A program made the position numbers and the translations under genes. A model generated the notes under the pieces. The model was given only the letters and a program-made list of their open reading frames with translations, made no database searches and was not told the DNA's origin. Below are positions 9,103 to 18,945 of a stretch of DNA of 64,000 bases, in pieces (positions within the stretch are counted from its first letter, which is position 1; each line of letters starts with the position of its first letter). Origin of the DNA: Gemmatimonadales bacterium (GTDB lineage Bacteria; Gemmatimonadota; Gemmatimonadetes; Gemmatimonadales; GWC2-71-9); the NCBI GenBank assembly GCA_035703525.1, contig DASSYA010000020.1, positions 6,351 through 70,350 of the forward strand, written 5' to 3'.

Positions 9103-11052
9103 CTATCCCTCGTACCGCAGGATCCGGAGCGCATTTCCGATCACGATCAGCGTGCTCCCCTCGTGGCCGATGACCGCCGGTCCGATGTCGAGGACGCCGA
9201 GCGCTGCGGCGATCAGCAGCAGCAGCATCATGCCGGCCGCGATCACGAGGTTCTGTCTCAGGATGGTGCGACTCCGTCGCGCCAGGCCGATCGCGAAGGG
9301 CAGGCGCGAGAGATCGTCACCGATCAGGGCGACATCGGCCGTCTCGAGGGCCGCAGCACTCCCGGCCCCCCCCATCGCGATGCCCACCGTCGCCGCCGCC
9401 AGGGCCGGCGCATCGTTCACGCCATCGCCCACCATCGCGACGCTGCCGTGCGCCGCGAGCAACTCGCCAATCGCAGTCACCTTGTCGGCCGGCATCAGGT
9501 CGGCCCGGACATCGTCGAGGCCGATCGACCGCGCGACCGCGTGACCCACACCGGCGTGATCTCCGGTCAGCATCACCAGGGGGCCGAGTCCCATCGATCG
9601 GAGCGTGGCGAGGGTGGTCGGGACCGAGTCACGCGGTTGATCGGAGAGTCCGATCACACCGAGCCAACGCGTGCCGTGTCGCACCGCCATGACGCTCTGC
9701 CCCGCCGCGCCGACGGTTGCCGCGGCCTCGAGGATCTCGACCGGTGGCAGGTCGCCCTCACGTCGCCACATCTGCATCGATCCGATCCAGACCGGTTCGT
9801 CACGAAAGGTGCACGTCACCCCGCGACCGGTGATCGCCGTGAGGTCCCCCGCGGGCTCGAGGGGGACGCCATCCGCCTCGGCTCGTCGGACCACCGCCTG
9901 GGCAAGAGGATGCTCGGAGCGCCGCTCGACCGAGCCGGCGACCAGCATCAACTCGGCGAGATCACACCCGCTCGCGGGGATCAGGGCTGTGACCTCGGGT
10001 CGACCGCGGGTGAGGGTGCCGGTCTTGTCGAAGGCAATCGCCCGGACCAGGGCGAGCGACTCGAGATGGATGCCACCCTTGATCAACACACCGCGCCGCG
10101 CCGCCTGAGCAATGCCGGCCAGCATGGCGGCCGGTGGCCCGAGGGCCAGCGCACACGGGGAGGCCGCCACCAGCACGGTCATCCCCCGATAGAGCGCCGT
10201 CGACCAGTCGAGCACGCCCAGCAGGGGCGGCACCACGATCAGCAGGATGTCGAGCACCACCACGATCGGCACGAAGACCCGCTCGAAGCGTTCGGTGAAT
10301 TGTTCGGTGCGCGCCTTGGCACTCTCGGACTCCTCGACCAGGCGGATGACGCGATCGAGGGTGCGGTCACCCACCGCGCGCGTGACCAGCACCTCGAGTG
10401 CGCCCTCACCATTCAGCGTCCCCGCATAGACCTCATCGCCGACCTGCTTGTCGACCGGGATGGATTCGCCGGTGATCGGCGCCTGGTCGAGCGATGACGC
10501 GCCCGACCGGATCGTGCCATCCACCGGGACGCGCTCGCCGGGCCGGAGCACCACCACGTCGCCGGGGCGCACCTGCGCGATCGGCAGCACCGTCTCCCGG
10601 CCGGCCGCGAGCACGCGTGCCGTGTCGGGCACCAGCGCCGTGAGGGCCCGGATCGCATCCCGGGCGCGATCAAGTGCATACCGCTCGAGGGCATTCGCCA
10701 GGGCAAACAGGAAGAGCAGGAACGCGCCTTCCGCCCACGCGCCGACCACCGCAGCCCCGATCGCGGCGACGACCATCAGGAAGTCGATATCGAGGAACAG
10801 CCGACCGCGCATCAGCCCCCGGACCAGATGGCGAACCGGCTGACGCCCACCGATGATCGCCACCAGCAGGTAGCCCCCGCGGGCCACCTCCCACGGCAAC
10901 CGTCCGCCGATCTCGAGCAGCCACGACGTCAGCAGGAGCAGCCCCGCCGCCGCCGCCCACGCCAACTCCTCGTGGCGCGCAAACAGTCGGCCAAGCCGCG
11001 ACGGCAAGCCGCTCGGCGCAAGCGTTCGGGTCAGCCAGTCGGGTTGGGGCAT
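9103..11052 (-). CDS. Heavy-metal P1B-type ATPase (SPC/HEGST, P1B-4-like)
   Basis: TGES, ASPCAL, DKTGTLT, SEHP, GDGVNDAP, HEGST. Confidence 0.95.
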   Translation of the reverse strand: MPQPDWLTRTLAPSGLPSRLGRLFARHEELAWAAAAGLLLLTSWLLEIGGRLPWEVARGGYLLVAIIGGRQPVRHLVRGLMRGRLFLDIDFLMVVAAIGAAVVGAWAEGAFLLFLFALANALERYALDRARDAIRALTALVPDTARVLAAGRETVLPIAQVRPGDVVVLRPGERVPVDGTIRSGASSLDQAPITGESIPVDKQVGDEVYAGTLNGEGALEVLVTRAVGDRTLDRVIRLVEESESAKARTEQFTERFERVFVPIVVVLDILLIVVPPLLGVLDWSTALYRGMTVLVAASPCALALGPPAAMLAGIAQAARRGVLIKGGIHLESLALVRAIAFDKTGTLTRGRPEVTALIPASGCDLAELMLVAGSVERRSEHPLAQAVVRRAEADGVPLEPAGDLTAITGRGVTCTFRDEPVWIGSMQMWRREGDLPPVEILEAAATVGAAGQSVMAVRHGTRWLGVIGLSDQPRDSVPTTLATLRSMGLGPLVMLTGDHAGVGHAVARSIGLDDVRADLMPADKVTAIGELLAAHGSVAMVGDGVNDAPALAAATVGIAMGGAGSAAALETADVALIGDDLSRLPFAIGLARRSRTILRQNLVIAAGMMLLLLIAAALGVLDIGPAVIGHEGSTLIVIGNALRILRYEG

Positions 11053-11059
11053 GCGAAAC

Positions 11060-11144
11060 CGGAAGTCGGAAGTCGGAAATCGGAGATGAGACGTGAGAGG
11101 TCAGTGGCGTCGAGCGTTCATCCTGCAGCCTTCATCCTTCATCC
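11060..11144. repeat. Heptamer tandem repeats (CGGAAGT)x3 and (TTCATCC)-type x4
   Basis: 7-bp periodicity seen in sequence. Confidence 0.7.
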
Positions 11145-11332
11145 TGCGTCGGCTCGCGCAGCATCGCGCGGATCCGGAGCGCGAGCCGCTCGATGCGCTC
11201 GAAGCTCTCGACGGCATGGGCCGGCAGCGTCTCCCGGTCGAGCAGCGCGAGCTGGGCTTCGCCGAGGATGGCGCCGAGCGGGTTCGACAGCTCGTGGCGC
11301 AATGCCGATTTCTCGTTCGGTGGGTTGGCCAT
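11132..11332 (-). CDS. Stand-alone HisKA (dimerization/phosphoacceptor) domain protein, 66 aa
   Basis: LRHELSNPLGAILGEAQL H-box; ATG just after the site-2 protease stop. Confidence 0.75.
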   Translation of the reverse strand: MANPPNEKSALRHELSNPLGAILGEAQLALLDRETLPAHAVESFERIERLALRIRAMLREPTQDEG

Positions 11333-11334
11333 GA

Positions 11335-12483
11335 TCAACTCCGGAATGGGACGGGCACGAAGGTGAGGACGAACACCACGATGCAGGCGATTCCGGTGAG
11401 GCGCCCCCGGGCCAGCACCGGTCGATCGGGCAGTACCACCGACGGGTGCGACCACTTCCCCCCCCCGATTGCGAAGGTCAGCGCAGCCCAGAGCCACCAC
11501 ATCGGTGCGAACTGGCCGAGCCAGATCAGGCCGAGCGCGGCGAGGAAGGACACCACGGCCTGGCGGCGCCCCAGCAACCCGAACATGACGTGGCCGCCAT
11601 CGAGCTGCGAGAGCGGCAGCAGGTTCAGTGCCGTCACGAACATCCCGACCCAGCCGGCGAATGCCATCGGCGAGAGCATCACCGGCCCGGTGCCGGGGAT
11701 CACCCAGTCGCGCAGGTAGTGGGTCAGGACCGACTCGCCGAGCACGATCGGCGAACCCGAGAGGGCAATCAGCGAGGGGCCATCGAAGGCGGTCGGGACC
11801 CGGGTCGAGCCGAGGTAGCCCCAATAGAGGACGGCCAGCGCGACCACGAACCCCGCCAGCGGGCCGGCCGCGCCGACATCGAGCAGTTGCCGTCGATCGT
11901 AGACGGGCGAGCGGATCCGGAGGAAGGCGCCGAGGTTGCCGATCAGGGAGATGTTCGGGGGCACGGGGAGGAAGTAGGGCGGCGAAACATCGAGCGCATA
12001 TCGCCGGGCGGCGAAGTAGTGCCCCATCTCGTGGACCAGCAGGATCCCGAGCAGGGGCGCGGCGAACTCCCAGCCGGGGAGCAGCTGGCGCCAGCCGCCG
12101 GAGACCACGAACTCGGCGAACTGGAGCGTGGCCGCAACCATGCCGCTCAGCCCACGGCCGGTCGGTGGGGTCCACGAATGCGTGAGGACCGCACCGGCGG
12201 CGAGGGTGCAGATGATCGTGAGAAAGAGCAGGGCGCCGTGCCAGAGCCAGCGCTCGGGACGGGGGGTCGCGCTGCCACGGACCAGGACCAGCCGGGTCCG
12301 GGCATCGTCGCCCCAGTACCAGGCGCCGGGCCAGGTCGCGAGGAACGCCGCGAGGTCGAGCGATGGTCCGCGGTGCTCCGGAAGCAGCACACCATCGACC
12401 ACATCACGGGAGCCCGCAAGGTTTTGCGATCGCCAGGTGGCGAAGAACCGGTGGGCCTCGTTCACACCGAGCCTTGACGGCAC
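11335..12483 (-). CDS. Site-2 protease family (M50) membrane metalloprotease
   Basis: [22 protein letters not shown]. Confidence 0.92.
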   Translation of the reverse strand: MPSRLGVNEAHRFFATWRSQNLAGSRDVVDGVLLPEHRGPSLDLAAFLATWPGAWYWGDDARTRLVLVRGSATPRPERWLWHGALLFLTIICTLAAGAVLTHSWTPPTGRGLSGMVAATLQFAEFVVSGGWRQLLPGWEFAAPLLGILLVHEMGHYFAARRYALDVSPPYFLPVPPNISLIGNLGAFLRIRSPVYDRRQLLDVGAAGPLAGFVVALAVLYWGYLGSTRVPTAFDGPSLIALSGSPIVLGESVLTHYLRDWVIPGTGPVMLSPMAFAGWVGMFVTALNLLPLSQLDGGHVMFGLLGRRQAVVSFLAALGLIWLGQFAPMWWLWAALTFAIGGGKWSHPSVVLPDRPVLARGRLTGIACIVVFVLTFVPVPFRS

Positions 12484-12642
12484 GGGCTGTGGGTCATATC
12501 CTCATCCTCGAACTCCCTCCAACTGTCCAGGGCCCGGGATACGACAAGGCCGGGGCATCTGCGTGACATCTACCCGTCCGTTTCCGATCGAATTACTTGC
12601 CGTGGGGCACGAGCCCGACACGGTCGCCCGCCGGAGAAACCC

Positions 12643-13890
12643 GTGGACATCGCCGAACTCAAGCAGAGAACTGTCGCCCAACTGCACGAACTGGCGGCGG
12701 AACTCAACATCACCAACTATTCGGGCCTCCGCAAGCAGGACCTGATCTTCCGCATCGAGCAATCCCTGCTCGAGAAGGAGACCGTGATTCGCGGAGAGGG
12801 GGTCCTGGAGATCCTCCCCGAGGGGTACGGCTTCCTCCGGTCACAGGACTGGAACTACCTCTATGGCCCCGACGACATCTATGTCAGTCCCAGCCAGATC
12901 AAGCGGTTCGACCTGCGGACCGGCGACACCGTCCTCGGGCAGGTGCGCCCCCCCAAGGAGGGGGAGCGGTACCTGGCGCTCCTCAAGGTCGAGAGCATCA
13001 ACTACGAGGAACCCGAGAGCACCAAGGACCGCGTCGCATTCGACAACCTCCGGCCGCGGTACCCCGATCAGCGGATCCGACTCGAGGATGCCAGGAACGA
13101 TATCTCCACCCGGGTGATCGATCTGCTCTCGCCCATCGGCAAGGGGCAACGTGGCCTGATCGTGGCCCCTCCCAAGGCCGGCAAGACGATCCTGCTCCAG
13201 AAGCTCGCCAACGCCATCGCGGCCAATCATCCCGAGTGCTACCTCATCGTGCTCCTCATCGACGAGCGCCCCGAGGAAGTCACCGACATGCAGGAGCATG
13301 TCAATGCGGAGGTGATTGCCTCGACCTTCGACGAGCCGGCGGATCGGCATGTGCAGGTCGCCGACATGGTGATCGAGAAGGCCCGGCGCCTGGTCGAGCA
13401 TGGCCGTGATGTGGTGATCCTGCTCGACTCGATCACCCGCCTGGCCCGGGCTCACAATGTCGTCGTGCCCCACTCGGGCAAGATCCTCTCCGGCGGTGTC
13501 GATGCCAACGCGCTCCAGAAGCCGAAGCGATTCTTCGGCGCGGCACGCAACATCGACGGCGGCGGGTCGCTCACCATCATCGCGACCGCGCTGATCGAGA
13601 CCGGCTCACGCATGGACGAGGTGATCTTCGAGGAGTTCAAGGGGACCGGCAACATGGAACTGGTCCTCGATCGACGCCTCGCGGATCGCCGCATCTATCC
13701 CGCCATCGACATCAACCGGTCGGGGACGCGGAAGGAGGAACTGCTGCTGGAGAAGGACGAGCTCAATCGGGTCTACCTGCTGCGCAACTTCCTGGCCGAC
13801 ATGCCGTCGGTCGAGGCGATGGAATTCCTGCTCGAGCGGATGAAGCGCACCAAGACCAACAAGGAGTTCTTCGCCGCCATGGCGCAATAG
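12643..13890 (+). CDS. rho: Transcription termination factor Rho
   Basis: [41 protein letters not shown]. Confidence 0.99.
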   Translation: MDIAELKQRTVAQLHELAAELNITNYSGLRKQDLIFRIEQSLLEKETVIRGEGVLEILPEGYGFLRSQDWNYLYGPDDIYVSPSQIKRFDLRTGDTVLGQVRPPKEGERYLALLKVESINYEEPESTKDRVAFDNLRPRYPDQRIRLEDARNDISTRVIDLLSPIGKGQRGLIVAPPKAGKTILLQKLANAIAANHPECYLIVLLIDERPEEVTDMQEHVNAEVIASTFDEPADRHVQVADMVIEKARRLVEHGRDVVILLDSITRLARAHNVVVPHSGKILSGGVDANALQKPKRFFGAARNIDGGGSLTIIATALIETGSRMDEVIFEEFKGTGNMELVLDRRLADRRIYPAIDINRSGTRKEELLLEKDELNRVYLLRNFLADMPSVEAMEFLLERMKRTKTNKEFFAAMAQ

Positions 13891-13912
13891 GGGCGCAACA
13901 TGTTGCGCCCCT
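13889..13912. repeat. REP-like perfect palindrome AGGGGCGCAACATGTTGCGCCCCT
   Basis: Core also at 29403-29430. Confidence 0.8.
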
Positions 13913-14355
13913 CCTCCGCCATCCCCACGACGGGCCGCGTCCTGGGCCTCGATTGGGGCGCCAACCGGATCGGCGTCGCCATCACCGACGAGACCCAGAT
14001 CATTGCGACCCCACTCGACGTGATCCAGCGTCGCGCCGGCAAGCGCCTCCCACTCGGGACGTTTCTCGACCTCGTCGAGCTCCACGAACCGGTCGGCCTC
14101 GTGGTCGGGCTGCCGCTCGACGATGAAGGCCACCTTGGCCCTTCGGCCGTCGCCGCGCGCGAGATGGGCGACCTCTTCGCGACCAGGAGTGGCCTGCCGA
14201 TCGACTGGCTGGATGAATCGTTCTCGACCTCCGAGACGGTGGAGCGACTCACGCTTCGCGGGATCGCCCCACGCCGGCGACGCAGCACCATCGACGCGAT
14301 GGCCGCCGCCATCCTGCTCGAACGATGGGTCGCTGCACGACGGGGCGAGTCGTGA
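13900..14355 (+). CDS. ruvX: YqgF/RuvX family nuclease
   Basis: LGLDWGANRIGVA, VVGLP, DESFST, IDAMAAAILL. Confidence 0.95.
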   Translation: MLRPSSAIPTTGRVLGLDWGANRIGVAITDETQIIATPLDVIQRRAGKRLPLGTFLDLVELHEPVGLVVGLPLDDEGHLGPSAVAAREMGDLFATRSGLPIDWLDESFSTSETVERLTLRGIAPRRRRSTIDAMAAAILLERWVAARRGES

Positions 14356-15314
14356 GGCGAACCGCTGGCGCGCTCCTCGTGCTCACCCTCGGCGCGTGCA
14401 CGTCCGTGCCACCGGGCCCTCCGGTCGAGATCGACGTCCCGCCAGGCAGTTCGCTCAGCTCGATCACCGATTCGCTGAGCGCCCACCACGTGATCGCCGG
14501 CGCCACCTGGTTCCGCCTCCGCGGACGACTGGCCGGCACCGACCGACACCTGCAACCCGGCCGCTATCGTTTCGACCCCGGTGCGTCGCACCAGTCGATC
14601 CTCGACCGGCTCGCTCGCGGTGACGCGATCGTCACCTCGCTCACCCTCCCCGAGGGCGCCACACTCTGGGACTTCGTCCGCCGCGCAACCCAGCGCCTCG
14701 AATTGCGCCCGGACTCCCTCTGGGCCGCGCTCCGCGATCCCGCCCTGCTGGCGAGCTATCAGATCCCCGGCACCAGCGCCGAGGGATGGCTGCTGCCCGA
14801 GACCTTCTCCTTCGGGCGATACGCAACGGCTCGGGATGTGGTGCGGCGCTTCATCGGAGCGCGGCACGACGCATGGCCCCCCGACTGGAAGGCGCGAGCC
14901 GATCGGGAGGATCTCGATCAGGTCGAGGTCCTCGCGCTCGCCTCGATCGTCGAGGCCGAGGCACAACTCCCCGAGGAATTGCCGATCATCGCGGCAGTCT
15001 ACCGCAACCGCCTCCGACTCGGCATGCCGCTCCAGGCAGATCCCACGATCCAGTACGCCTTCCTCGTCGACAGCGGCACCCGCAAGTCGCGCCTCTTCAA
15101 TCGTGACTACGCCTACGCGTCACCCTACAACAGCTACCTCCATCCGGGCCTCCCGCCGACCCCGATCGGCAATCCGAGTACCGCAGCGATCGAGGCCGTC
15201 CTCTCGCCGGCCCAGGTCCCCTACCTCTATTTCGTGGCGCGTGGCGATGGCGGCCACCTGTTCGCGAGCAGCTACGCGGAACATCTGCGGAACATCCGCC
15301 GGGTGCGACGCTAG
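14352..15314 (+). CDS. mltG: Endolytic transglycosylase MltG
   Basis: LASIVEAE, LQADPT, SPYNSY, GLPPTPIGNP, YLYFVA. Confidence 0.95.
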   Translation: MRRTAGALLVLTLGACTSVPPGPPVEIDVPPGSSLSSITDSLSAHHVIAGATWFRLRGRLAGTDRHLQPGRYRFDPGASHQSILDRLARGDAIVTSLTLPEGATLWDFVRRATQRLELRPDSLWAALRDPALLASYQIPGTSAEGWLLPETFSFGRYATARDVVRRFIGARHDAWPPDWKARADREDLDQVEVLALASIVEAEAQLPEELPIIAAVYRNRLRLGMPLQADPTIQYAFLVDSGTRKSRLFNRDYAYASPYNSYLHPGLPPTPIGNPSTAAIEAVLSPAQVPYLYFVARGDGGHLFASSYAEHLRNIRRVRR

Positions 15315-15319
15315 CGTCC

Positions 15320-15414
15320 TTCAGGCGCGAGCGTCAGCTCGCGCGGAGATCCAGAGCGCGAGTTGACGCTCGCGCCTGAATGACGCTCGCGCCTGAATGA
15401 CGCTCACGCCTGAA
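15320..15414. repeat. Long hairpin (15320-15380) plus tandem 17-mer TGACGCTCRCGCCTGAA x3
   Basis: Seen between convergent mltG and thiE. Confidence 0.8.
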
Positions 15415-16021
15415 TGCGGTACCCCCCCGCCGCCGCCGCCACATCCGGCTGGCCCAGGATCCCGCTGGCCACCGCCACCCCGGCGAAGCCGGCCGCACGC
15501 GCCGGGGCGACATCGAGCGGCTGCACCCCGCCGATCAGCACCGCCGGTCGTCCCCCCCCCAATTCGAGCAGGGCCCGGGCGCCGGTGATCCCCAGCGCCG
15601 TGCCGGCATCCGCCTTGGTCGAGCTGCCGTGCAGCGGACCGATCCCCCAGTAATCGGCCATTCGACCCCGAGCCGCCTCCCCCGCATCGCCGACCGAGGC
15701 ACCGATGATGAATGCCGTCGGCACGATCCGGCGCACGCGTTCGGGCGGGAGGTCGTCGGCGCCGAGATGGACGCCGGCCGCCCCAGCGGCCAGGGCGACA
15801 TCGAGTCGGTCATTGACCAGGACCGGCACCGGGAGCGCCGCGACCAACCGTCGGGTCGCCTCGACCAGCTCCGCGTCCGGCACCGACTTGAGCCGCAATT
15901 GCACCGCCGTGACACCACCCCGGACGGCCGCCTGGCAGACCTCCACCAGCGTGCGAAGGTCGACCAGGCGATCGTCGGTGACCAGCAGCAGCCGGAGCTG
16001 TTCCGCTAGATTCTCGCGCAT
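15404..16021 (-). CDS. thiE: Thiamine-phosphate synthase
   Basis: VQLRLK, VNDRLDVA, GVHLG, STKAD, IGG. Confidence 0.93.
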   Translation of the reverse strand: MRENLAEQLRLLLVTDDRLVDLRTLVEVCQAAVRGGVTAVQLRLKSVPDAELVEATRRLVAALPVPVLVNDRLDVALAAGAAGVHLGADDLPPERVRRIVPTAFIIGASVGDAGEAARGRMADYWGIGPLHGSSTKADAGTALGITGARALLELGGGRPAVLIGGVQPLDVAPARAAGFAGVAVASGILGQPDVAAAAGGYRIQA

Positions 16022-16039
16022 GATCCTCTCTCGTCTCCC

Positions 16040-17221
16040 GTGGTGAACTCCAACCCCGACGTCGCGATGCCCCCCGCCGTGGTGAACAAGCGCGGTGCCG
16101 AGCGCTGGAGCGTGGGTCATCCCTGGATCTATCGTAGCGACGTGATCTCGCATCCGGCGTCCCCGGGGATCGTAGCCGTGTCCGATGGTCGCGGGAAGTT
16201 TCTCGGGCAGGCACTCTGCTCGCCCCGATCCGAGATTCGGCTCCGGCTGCTCGAGCGGACCCGCACGGCCATCGATGGTGGCTGGTGGACCGCCCGGTTC
16301 CGCGACGCCCAGGTGCGCCGCACCGGCATCGATGCCACCGCGTGGCGCGAGGTCCATGGCGAGGGGGACGACCTCCCTGCCCTCGTCGTCGACCGCTACG
16401 GCGACCATCTCGTGGTGCAGCTCCTGTCGGCGGCACTCGAGACGCGCCGCGCCGAGATCCTCGAGGCGCTCACTGAGGTCTATCGGCCGCTCGGTATCCT
16501 GCTTCGTCACGATGTCACCACCCGCCGACTCGAAGGCCTCCCTGAGGGCATCGAGACCGTGCTGGGAGAGGTCCCCGAGGAGATCGAGGTTCGGGAGGGA
16601 AGCGTCCGCTGGTACGCCGCGCCCCACACGGGACAGAAGACCGGCGCATTCCTCGACCAGCGCGCGAATCGGCTCCAGGCCGGCACCCTGGTGCCGATCG
16701 GCGGCACCGCGCTCGACTGCTTCAGCTATCACGGTTCGTTTGCCCTGCATCTGGCGGGTCGGGCACGAGCGGTCGTGGCCCTCGACGCAAGCGCCGAGGC
16801 CCTCGAGCGCGGCAAGGCGCACGCCGCGCTCAATGGAGTGGAACAGATCGAGTTCGTGGCGGGCGATGCCTTCGAGCTGTTGCCGCAGTGGCGGCGCGCT
16901 GGTCGCCAGTTCGATGTGGTGGTGGTCGATCCGCCGGCATTCGCCAAGGCCAAGGGGCACCTCCCGGCCGCGCTGCGTGGCTACCGGGAGATCAACCGCC
17001 GCGCCATGCAGCTGGTGGCGCCCGGCGGAGCGCTCCTGACGGCCAGCTGCTCCTTCCATCTCGGCCGTCCCGACTTCATGGCGATGCTCCGGGATGCGGC
17101 CGGCGACAGTGGACGTCGCTTCCGGATCGAGGCGATCCTCGGCCAGCCGGCAGACCATCCGGAGGTCATCACCATCCCCGAAACCGGCTATCTCAAGGCC
17201 GCAATCCTCCGGGTGGATTGA
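16040..17221 (+). CDS. Class I SAM-dependent rRNA methyltransferase (RlmI-like)
   Basis: GHPWIY, GQKTGAFLDQR, VVDPPAFAK, DHP...ETGYLK. Confidence 0.92.
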   Translation: MVNSNPDVAMPPAVVNKRGAERWSVGHPWIYRSDVISHPASPGIVAVSDGRGKFLGQALCSPRSEIRLRLLERTRTAIDGGWWTARFRDAQVRRTGIDATAWREVHGEGDDLPALVVDRYGDHLVVQLLSAALETRRAEILEALTEVYRPLGILLRHDVTTRRLEGLPEGIETVLGEVPEEIEVREGSVRWYAAPHTGQKTGAFLDQRANRLQAGTLVPIGGTALDCFSYHGSFALHLAGRARAVVALDASAEALERGKAHAALNGVEQIEFVAGDAFELLPQWRRAGRQFDVVVVDPPAFAKAKGHLPAALRGYREINRRAMQLVAPGGALLTASCSFHLGRPDFMAMLRDAAGDSGRRFRIEAILGQPADHPEVITIPETGYLKAAILRVD

Positions 17222-17252
17222 CGCGCCGCGTCCCACTTGTGACCTTCGATAC

Positions 17253-18119
17253 ATGCTGACCGCGCAGGACCTCCTCTCGACCGCCCCCAGGCGGCAGTCG
17301 CTCCGTTCCCTGCGGCAGCAGTACGACCTCTACGTGATGGACCGGATCGAGCACTACAAGAACTCGCTGAGCCGGGAGGAACTTCTCCGGATCGGCGACG
17401 ACGCCTTCGCCGGGCTGGGAGAGGAAAGCCAGCAATACCTCCTCACCGACGTGCTCATGCAGGGTGCCGTCGACGACCTGATCCGGAAGCGACTCGGCAT
17501 CCGGTCCTACGACACCTGGCGGAAGCAGTTCCCGAAGTTGCGCGCGACCCAGCGTGACCCGGTCCACTGGGGAATCGACCCGGCGCATCTCTCCGCCGGG
17601 CTGGCGCCCAGGATCGAGCCCGACGACAAGGTCCTGCTGGTCGGCTCCGGGGCGATGGCGTCGGCGTACCTCTTCGCAGCGCACGATGCCGACGTCACCT
17701 TCCTGGGCCAGGACTTCGGGGTGATCGAGCGGGCCGAACAGACGGTGGCGTCCGAGGCGCTCTCGTCGACCTTCGACGCGATCTTCGTGCAGCTCGGCGT
17801 CTGGCTCCCACCACTCGACGGCGACTTCGACCTCGTGGTGCTCGACACCGGCACGATCGCGTCGCTGTCGCCAGGTGATCGACGCTTCCTGTTGGCCGAG
17901 CTGCAGGGGATCACCCAACCGGGTGGCATGCATGCCCTGATTCCCGACGGGCTCGGCACCGGGTCGGAGGGATTCGCCGGGCACTATGCTGCGTGGCAAC
18001 GCGAACCACTGCCTCCGGCCGGACGGCGACCGCGGGGTGCCGCGTCCCGGGGGGCGATCTTCATGCGACCGATCCGCGACGCGGTGGCGGTGGAGGACTC
18101 ACACGACGCCTCGGCCTGA
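17253..18119 (+). CDS. Hypothetical protein with SAM-methyltransferase-like C-terminal fold
   Basis: VLLVGSG, FDLVV, QPGG. Confidence 0.65.
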   Translation: MLTAQDLLSTAPRRQSLRSLRQQYDLYVMDRIEHYKNSLSREELLRIGDDAFAGLGEESQQYLLTDVLMQGAVDDLIRKRLGIRSYDTWRKQFPKLRATQRDPVHWGIDPAHLSAGLAPRIEPDDKVLLVGSGAMASAYLFAAHDADVTFLGQDFGVIERAEQTVASEALSSTFDAIFVQLGVWLPPLDGDFDLVVLDTGTIASLSPGDRRFLLAELQGITQPGGMHALIPDGLGTGSEGFAGHYAAWQREPLPPAGRRPRGAASRGAIFMRPIRDAVAVEDSHDASA

Positions 18120-18158
18120 GGCGGATGCGCCTGAGGCGGAATCGCCTGAGGCGGAGTC
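18114..18158 (+). repeat. Tandem 15-mer GCCTGAGGCGGANNC x3 starting at the stop codon
   Basis: Seen in sequence. Confidence 0.75.
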
Positions 18159-18178
18159 GGTCGGGGTATCGGAACGCA

Positions 18179-18208
18179 ACAGGGCCGGCGATCACTCGCC
18201 GGCCCTGT
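18179..18208. terminator. GC hairpin between convergent genes
   Basis: ACAGGGCCGGCGA-TCAC-TCGCCGGCCCTGT; no U-tract. Confidence 0.6.
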
Positions 18209-18247
18209 GCGTATACCACCCTCGCGGCCGAAGCCGCGAGCGCCCGA

Positions 18248-18673
18248 CTACATGGTCGGGGCCGCCGCAGCCGCCGGAGCGGCCTTCTTGCGACGGCTCG
18301 TCTTGCGACGGGCCTTCTTGGGAGCCGCCTTCTTCGCGGCCTTCTTGCGGGTGGTCTTCTTCGCTGCCTTCTTGCGCGTGGACTTCTTGGCAGCCTTGCG
18401 GCGGGTGGTCTTCTTCGCCGCCTTCTTGCGGGTTGCCTTCTTGCGCGTGGACTTCTTGGCAGCCTTGCGGCGGGTCGTCTTCTTCGCCGCCTTCTTGCGG
18501 GTGGTCTTCTTGGCGGCCTTGCGGCGGGTCGTCTTCTTCGCCGCCTTCTTGCGGGTCGACTTCTTCGCCGCCTTCTTGCGCGTGGACTTCTTGGCGGTCC
18601 GCTTCTTCGCGGCGCCCTTCTTCGCAGTCCGCTTCTTGGCGGTCCGCTTCTTCGCAGCCTTCTTCGTAGCCAT
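18248..18673 (-). CDS. Histone H1-like Lys/Ala/Arg-rich nucleoid protein
   Basis: Repeated KKAAKK(S/T)TR; GGAGG RBS. Confidence 0.85.
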   Translation of the reverse strand: MATKKAAKKRTAKKRTAKKGAAKKRTAKKSTRKKAAKKSTRKKAAKKTTRRKAAKKTTRKKAAKKTTRRKAAKKSTRKKATRKKAAKKTTRRKAAKKSTRKKAAKKTTRKKAAKKAAPKKARRKTSRRKKAAPAAAAAPTM

Positions 18674-18945
18674 GGAGCCTCCCTGGGGAGTGAGATGTTC
18701 ATCGGATCTCGTCGTACGCGCGAGAGCCGAGACGACGCCCGTGTCCGGCACGGAGTAGCGTCGGCATATACAAGATCAAAGTTTTCCCGCGCCGCGCAAT
18801 ACCCCCGCGGGACCGAACCCTAGGCGGGGCATCGGGTTGAGCCGGTCTTCCACATCATCGGCAGCGGTCCGGAGAAGCTGAGTCGGCAGTTGGCAGAGGT
18901 CGACCGCGAGGTGATATTCCGAGCCACACTCCAACCGGACCAAGT

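Noticed and set aside
16022..17254. Long N-terminal extension of ThiE (616-aa ORF)
   Set aside because: Overlaps the RlmI-like gene on the opposite strand; ThiE similarity starts at ATG 16021
15364..18158. Short tandem repeats as CRISPR arrays
   Set aside because: Units are 15-17 bp with no unique spacers, and no cas genes are in the window
18207..18758. Hydrophobic repeat protein (FFAAFLRV)n
   Set aside because: Reverse complement of the histone-like gene, which has the RBS
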